Positions 59,908 through 64,000 of a stretch of 64,000 nt of DNA are shown here, piece after piece (positions within the stretch are counted from its first letter, which is position 1; the number at the start of each line of letters is the position of its first letter). Location of the stretch: NCBI GenBank assembly GCA_965222115.1, contig CBDCTJ010000007.1:2880001-2944000 (forward strand), read 5' to 3'. The DNA comes from Planctomycetota bacterium. GTDB taxonomy: Bacteria; Planctomycetota; PLA2; JAEUHO01. The position numbers were made by a program, and so were the translations under genes. Below the pieces are notes generated by a model. That model saw nothing but the letters and a program-made list of their open reading frames with translations. It was not told the origin of the DNA and ran no database searches.

Positions 59908-60177
59908 TCACTCGGGCTTGCGCGGCGGCTTCTCCGGGTTATCCCAGAACTGGCGATGGCTGCCGTCGCAGTAGGGATGTTTGTCCGTGGCGGAACACGT
60001 ACACCACGCGATGTTTCGCCCCACGTCTTCCACCTTCTCAATTACCGGACGTTTGTCCGTGTCCTTGTGTGAGCCGTCGCAAAACGGGGCATTGCCCGTA
60101 TTCCCGCATGCGCAGATTGCGTGCGTTCCCGGTTCGAGAGGTGTGACGAGGGGGCGTGGTTCTTGTTTTTCGCTCAT
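59908..60177 (-). CDS. CDGSH iron-sulfur domain protein (two CDGSH motifs)
   Basis: CACG...PFCDGSH and CTCS...PYCDGSH. Confidence 0.92.
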   Translation of the reverse strand: MSEKQEPRPLVTPLEPGTHAICACGNTGNAPFCDGSHKDTDKRPVIEKVEDVGRNIAWCTCSATDKHPYCDGSHRQFWDNPEKPPRKPE

Positions 60178-60216
60178 GCCACAAGTCTAGCGCAGCGTGA
60201 ACCGAGAGGATCGAGG

Positions 60217-60690
60217 CTACTTGGCGGCGGCCTTCTTGTCCTTCTTCTTGCCCTTCTTTCCCTTCTTGCCTTCGTCCTCCTCGGGCTCAGGGGCCTTGGG
60301 ACGGGCCACAAACTCCCACACGGCGCGGGGGGCATTGTCGCCGAGCTGATTCTTGCTCATGCGGAGGATGCGGGTGTAGCCACCCGGACGATCGGCGAAG
60401 ATTGGAGCAATCGTCTCCACCAAGAACTTCAGAATCTGGCGATCGGGGATATCTCGGCGGAGCAGGCGGAGTTGGTGGACATATGCCGGATTGTCGCCAG
60501 CCTGTTTCAGCGCGTTTGCCTTCTTGGCACGCGTGACGAGCTTCTCAACGAAGGGGCGCGTGGCCTTCGCCTTGGCCATGGTTGTGACGATGCGTCCATT
60601 GAGAAACAGGGCGCGAGCGAGGTTGCGGCGCATGGCCAACCGGTGCTGGGTGTCGGCCGTCAGTTTCTTACCGGCTACTTTGTGTCGCAT
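60217..60690 (-). CDS. rplQ: 50S ribosomal protein L17
   Basis: MRHKVAGKKL, IVTTMAKAK, RPGGYTRI. Confidence 0.96.
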   Translation of the reverse strand: MRHKVAGKKLTADTQHRLAMRRNLARALFLNGRIVTTMAKAKATRPFVEKLVTRAKKANALKQAGDNPAYVHQLRLLRRDIPDRQILKFLVETIAPIFADRPGGYTRILRMSKNQLGDNAPRAVWEFVARPKAPEPEEDEGKKGKKGKKKDKKAAAK

Positions 60691-60776
60691 GGCGCCCTCG
60701 AAAATTAGCGTCGGCATCTCCGCGAATGCCGCGTTCCTGAATTGTGAAAGGGTAGTCCTAAGGAGAGGTCCCTGGA

Positions 60777-61898
60777 CTACACTCCCATAATACTGTCTAC
60801 GTCCATACCGAGGCGCAGATTGGCCTCTTCCAGCTTCTTTACAATCTCCTTGAGCGACGTGCGCCCAAAGTTGGGTAGATCAATCAACTCGTCGTGCGAG
60901 CGACGAACCAACTGACCAATGGTCTGAATGCCCTCGGCTTCCAAGCAGTTGCTTGCACGCACCGAGAGATCCAACTGTGAGATGCTGGCTTCCATCTTGG
61001 CACGCAGTTCGGCGCCATCAGCACCCGCGCCGCCCCCAAGCGTAGGACTCGGCATCGTGCTTCCCATGGACGAACTCGACGCGGGACTTGAGGTCCTAAG
61101 CGATGAACCGGGCATCTCAGCCGGCGTGGAGCCGGGCATGGCGAACGTTACGCTCGTGGGCTCGGGCGCCACATCCATCAGTAGTTCCTTGCCCACGTCG
61201 AAGAATTGAATGAAGGGGTTCAAGTGCTTGCGATAAATCTTGCTTGCTTCGACCAGTGCCTTCTCGGGTGTCACGGTGCCGTCTGTCCACAGCTCAAGAA
61301 TCAGGCGGTCGTAGTTGGTGAGCTTGCCCACGCGCGTGTTCTCGGTGCGGTAGCGAACACGCTGGACGGGCGAGAAGATCGAATCGAGCGGCATGACGCC
61401 AATCTCTTGCTCTTCGCGCGCGTTCTCATCGGCGGTTACATAGCCGCGGCCACGACGAACTTCAATTTCGGCATCGAAGGTGCGATCGGTCGTGATGTTA
61501 CAGATCAAGAGATCTTTATTGATGACATCACAGTCGGACGAGGTCTGAATGTCGGCCCCCGTAACCGGCCCGGGCCCTTGTTTCTCAATGCGCAAGACCT
61601 TGGGATCGTCGGTATGAAAACGCACACGCAACCGCTTGAATGCCAAGTTGATGTCGGTCACATCTTCTTTGATGCCTTCGAGGGATGAAAACTCATGCTT
61701 GATGCCTTGAATCTTCACCGAAGTGACGGCTGCGCCCTCGATCGAGCTCAAAAGAACTCGACGCAGGCCGTTGCCCACCGTCACGCCGTAGCCGCGCTCA
61801 AAAGGCTCGGCCGTAAAGCGGGCATAGCGGTCCGTGCGCGTGGCCGAATCGGCGACAACACGGGTGGGAAGTTCAAGGTTACGCCAGCGAATTCGCAT
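60777..61898 (-). CDS. rpoA: RNA polymerase subunit alpha
   Basis: EPFERGYGVTVGNGLRRVLLSS, DSIFSPV, LSVRASNCL, NFGRTSL. Confidence 0.98.
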   Translation of the reverse strand: MRIRWRNLELPTRVVADSATRTDRYARFTAEPFERGYGVTVGNGLRRVLLSSIEGAAVTSVKIQGIKHEFSSLEGIKEDVTDINLAFKRLRVRFHTDDPKVLRIEKQGPGPVTGADIQTSSDCDVINKDLLICNITTDRTFDAEIEVRRGRGYVTADENAREEQEIGVMPLDSIFSPVQRVRYRTENTRVGKLTNYDRLILELWTDGTVTPEKALVEASKIYRKHLNPFIQFFDVGKELLMDVAPEPTSVTFAMPGSTPAEMPGSSLRTSSPASSSSMGSTMPSPTLGGGAGADGAELRAKMEASISQLDLSVRASNCLEAEGIQTIGQLVRRSHDELIDLPNFGRTSLKEIVKKLEEANLRLGMDVDSIMGV

Positions 61899-62053
61899 TC
61901 AAGACTCCGTGAAACGAACGCGTGGAGCGTCCGGCTAAGTGTTTGGGATTGAGTCGGATTCGTGATGAATAGGCACTGCGTCTACACCGTGCGACGCAAA
62001 ACAAATGACAAGCTGCGCGAGTCCCCGTGGACGGCGCCTAGCAGAAAAGAGAC

Positions 62054-62428
62054 TTAGACGCGACGACGCTTGCGCGGGCGGCAACCGTTGTGGGGCAGGG
62101 GTGTGACGTCTTCGATAGCGCGCACTTTGAGTCCACGCGCTTGCAAACTGCGAATGGCCGACTCGCGTCCGGCGCCGGGCCCCTTAACGCGCACTTCCAC
62201 CTCGCGCACACCCATTTTCAGGGCCTTTTCTGAAGCGCGTTCGGCCGCCTTCTGCGCGGCGAAGGGTGTGGACTTACGCGAGCCCTTGAAACCGATGGTG
62301 CCAGCGGAGTCCCAGCAAAGTGTTTCGCCATTCGGGGCGGCGAACGTAACGATCGTATTGTTGAACGATGCGTGGACGTGCACAATGGCCTTGGGGACAT
62401 TGCGACGTACCTTCTTCTTACCCGCCAT
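62054..62428 (-). CDS. rpsK: 30S ribosomal protein S11
   Basis: [30 protein letters not shown]. Confidence 0.98.
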   Translation of the reverse strand: MAGKKKVRRNVPKAIVHVHASFNNTIVTFAAPNGETLCWDSAGTIGFKGSRKSTPFAAQKAAERASEKALKMGVREVEVRVKGPGAGRESAIRSLQARGLKVRAIEDVTPLPHNGCRPRKRRRV

Positions 62429-62909
62429 ACTTTACTCTCCTGAGGAGAACGCACACGACCGCATCGCGTGGCATCCTTCAGCAGAACTGATCGACAGTTC
62501 CGCTCAACTGGGCCTGGAGCACCGCATGCGGCTACTCACACACCCTCTATTTCACTGACTCTGATCCTTGTTTCGAACGTGTCGTTCCGCCGATTGCCTG
62601 GTTGCTGACAACTTGTCTCGTTGCTGACAACGCTTCGATTGATTTCAAAAACGCGCCAACTCGTGAAGGTGATTGCCTCGACGAATTGCCTCGACAAGAC
62701 ACAAGGCGATGTCTTTCCAAACGACGACGCCTCTTCGAAAAGCGGCACCTTGGGCAAAGACATCGAGGGGACCCGACGCGAAGAAAGCCGACGCAGCGAG
62801 CGAGGAGAAGGGTACCCCCCACCACGTCCCCTGCAACTTTCTGGCCGACCGCGACGATAACCCTCGATCGCCCAAATAATGGAGGCCAGAGCCGAAGTAG
62901 TGGGCTCGT
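62429..62909 (-). other. Long structured rpsM-rpsK spacer (candidate cis-regulatory RNA)
   Basis: Several consecutive inverted repeats and two pairs of direct repeats; no convincing ORF. Confidence 0.5.
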
Positions 62910-63293
62910 CTAGCGGAGCGCCTTGACCGACTTCTTACCGGCAACCGTCTTCTTGCGACCCTTGCGGGTGCGGGCGTTCGTCTGGGTGCGCTGGCCTCGC
63001 GCGGGCAGTCCGCGCCGATGGCGCATCCCGCGGTAGCAGGCGACGTCCTTGAGGCGCGCAATGTTCTGCTGAACTTGGCGGCGTAAGTTGCCTTCCACGA
63101 TCAGATTCTGCTCGAGGTAGCCGGCAATGCGGGCAACTTCTTCGTCGGTCAGGTCTTTGGCGCGGCGACGGGGATCCACGCCAATGGCAGCGCAGATCTC
63201 AAGGGCGCGATGCTGGCCAATACCGTGGACATATTGAAGCGACACATAGGTGGGCTTCCCATCGGGAATATCAACACCAACGAGACGTGGCAT
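62910..63293 (-). CDS. rpsM: 30S ribosomal protein S13
   Basis: RLVGVDIP, YRGMRHRRGLPARGQRTQTNARTRKG. Confidence 0.98.
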   Translation of the reverse strand: MPRLVGVDIPDGKPTYVSLQYVHGIGQHRALEICAAIGVDPRRRAKDLTDEEVARIAGYLEQNLIVEGNLRRQVQQNIARLKDVACYRGMRHRRGLPARGQRTQTNARTRKGRKKTVAGKKSVKALR

Positions 63294-63441
63294 AGGACTC
63301 TCCTGCTGGCAACCATCCCTCTGGGGAGCGAATGACTGCGCGGTACACTTTGCGACTCAATCAAGGGCGCGAGACCACGGATGGACTCGATGCGCCCGGT
63401 TGGGCCGGTTGGTTTTTGGGGGAACGCGGGAAACGGGGGGA

Positions 63442-63558
63442 CTACCCCTGAACTTGCTTATGGCGGGGATTTTTGCTGCAAATGACGCGCACCCGTCCGT
63501 GACGGCGGATGATGCGGCAACTTTCACAGATGCGATGAACGCTTGATCGTACTTTCAC
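63442..63558 (-). CDS. rpmJ: 50S ribosomal protein L36 (absent from the ORF track)
   Basis: Manual translation [38 protein letters not shown], located between infA and rpsM. Confidence 0.96.
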   Translation of the reverse strand: MKVRSSVHRICESCRIIRRHGRVRVICSKNPRHKQVQG

Positions 63559-63591
63559 GACGAAACCTCTCTCGGGCTAGTCCCGGTACAC

Positions 63592-63807
63592 CTAATCCCG
63601 ATACACAATGCGACCTTTGGTTAGGTCGTAGGGACTCATTTCCACGGTGACCTTGTCACCGGGCAGAATGCGAATCCAATTGGTGCGCATCTTGCCGGAA
63701 ATATGGGCCAATACGCGGTGACCATTCTCCAACTCCACAATGAACATGGCGTTGGGACGGGCCTCCACGACCTTGGCATCCAGGCGCAGATTGTCTTCAC
63801 GGGCCAC
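63592..63807 (-). CDS. infA: Translation initiation factor IF-1
   Basis: [35 protein letters not shown]. Confidence 0.98.
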   Translation of the reverse strand: MAREDNLRLDAKVVEARPNAMFIVELENGHRVLAHISGKMRTNWIRILPGDKVTVEMSPYDLTKGRIVYRD

Positions 63808-63886
63808 TAGCCGACTCTCCGCGCGCTACAAACGATTCGAAACTCTCTCAAAATGCTGTTGATCTCTCTCATGGGACGACTTGAAC

Positions 63887-64000
63887 TCAATTGGAACGGG
63901 CTTTGCCAACCGTGTCACCCGATGGTGCGGATGGAGATCCGCCATCAGACGCAAGCGCTTGGCGTATGCGCTGGGCGACGTCTTCGATGGAACCGAAGGC
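63887..64000 (-). CDS. adk: Probable adenylate kinase C-terminus (truncated by window)
   Basis: Translation AFGSIEDVAQRIRQALA...* resembles the last helix of Adk; position upstream of infA fits. Confidence 0.6.
   Translation of the reverse strand, partial: AFGSIEDVAQRIRQALASDGGSPSAPSGDTVGKARSN

Noticed and set aside
62536-62913. Small ORFs in the rpsM-rpsK spacer
   Set aside because: No clear RBS or recognisable protein pattern; base-pairing explains the region better.

Overview
GC-rich bacterial chromosomal segment, most likely Planctomycetota. This is an inference from the RpoA N-terminus MRIRWRNLELP, the HEAT-repeat, vWA and lipoprotein content, an ECF sigma factor with a large membrane-anchored extension, and the lack of rpsD between rpsK and rpoA. 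It carries about 50 protein genes plus tRNA-Leu(CAG). These include ABC-2 permeases, a sigma54 activator, penicillin acylase, PMM/PGM, KdsD, a ComEC-DUF92 fusion, a REC-HD-GYP protein, AsmA-like, PilZ, DUF368, HrpA, a membrane MutS-like ATPase, MutM, MiaE, a TldD/E pair, a tricorn-like protease, an IYD-like nitroreductase, a carbamoyltransferase, a PLD nuclease, a guanine deaminase and the end of the ribosomal cluster (adk-infA-rpmJ-rpsM-rpsK-rpoA-rplQ). No transposase, integrase, phage gene or CRISPR array was found. The most unusual signals are non-coding. First, two families of dispersed, same-orientation intergenic elements are built from variable-copy microsatellite modules, and two of the copies bracket the ECF gene. 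Second, a ~480-nt hairpin-rich spacer lies between rpsM and rpsK. Several proteins also show unusual fusions or degenerate catalytic motifs. All product calls come from motif recognition by eye; no database searches were run. Several start codons were adjusted from the ORF track using RBS or overlap evidence.
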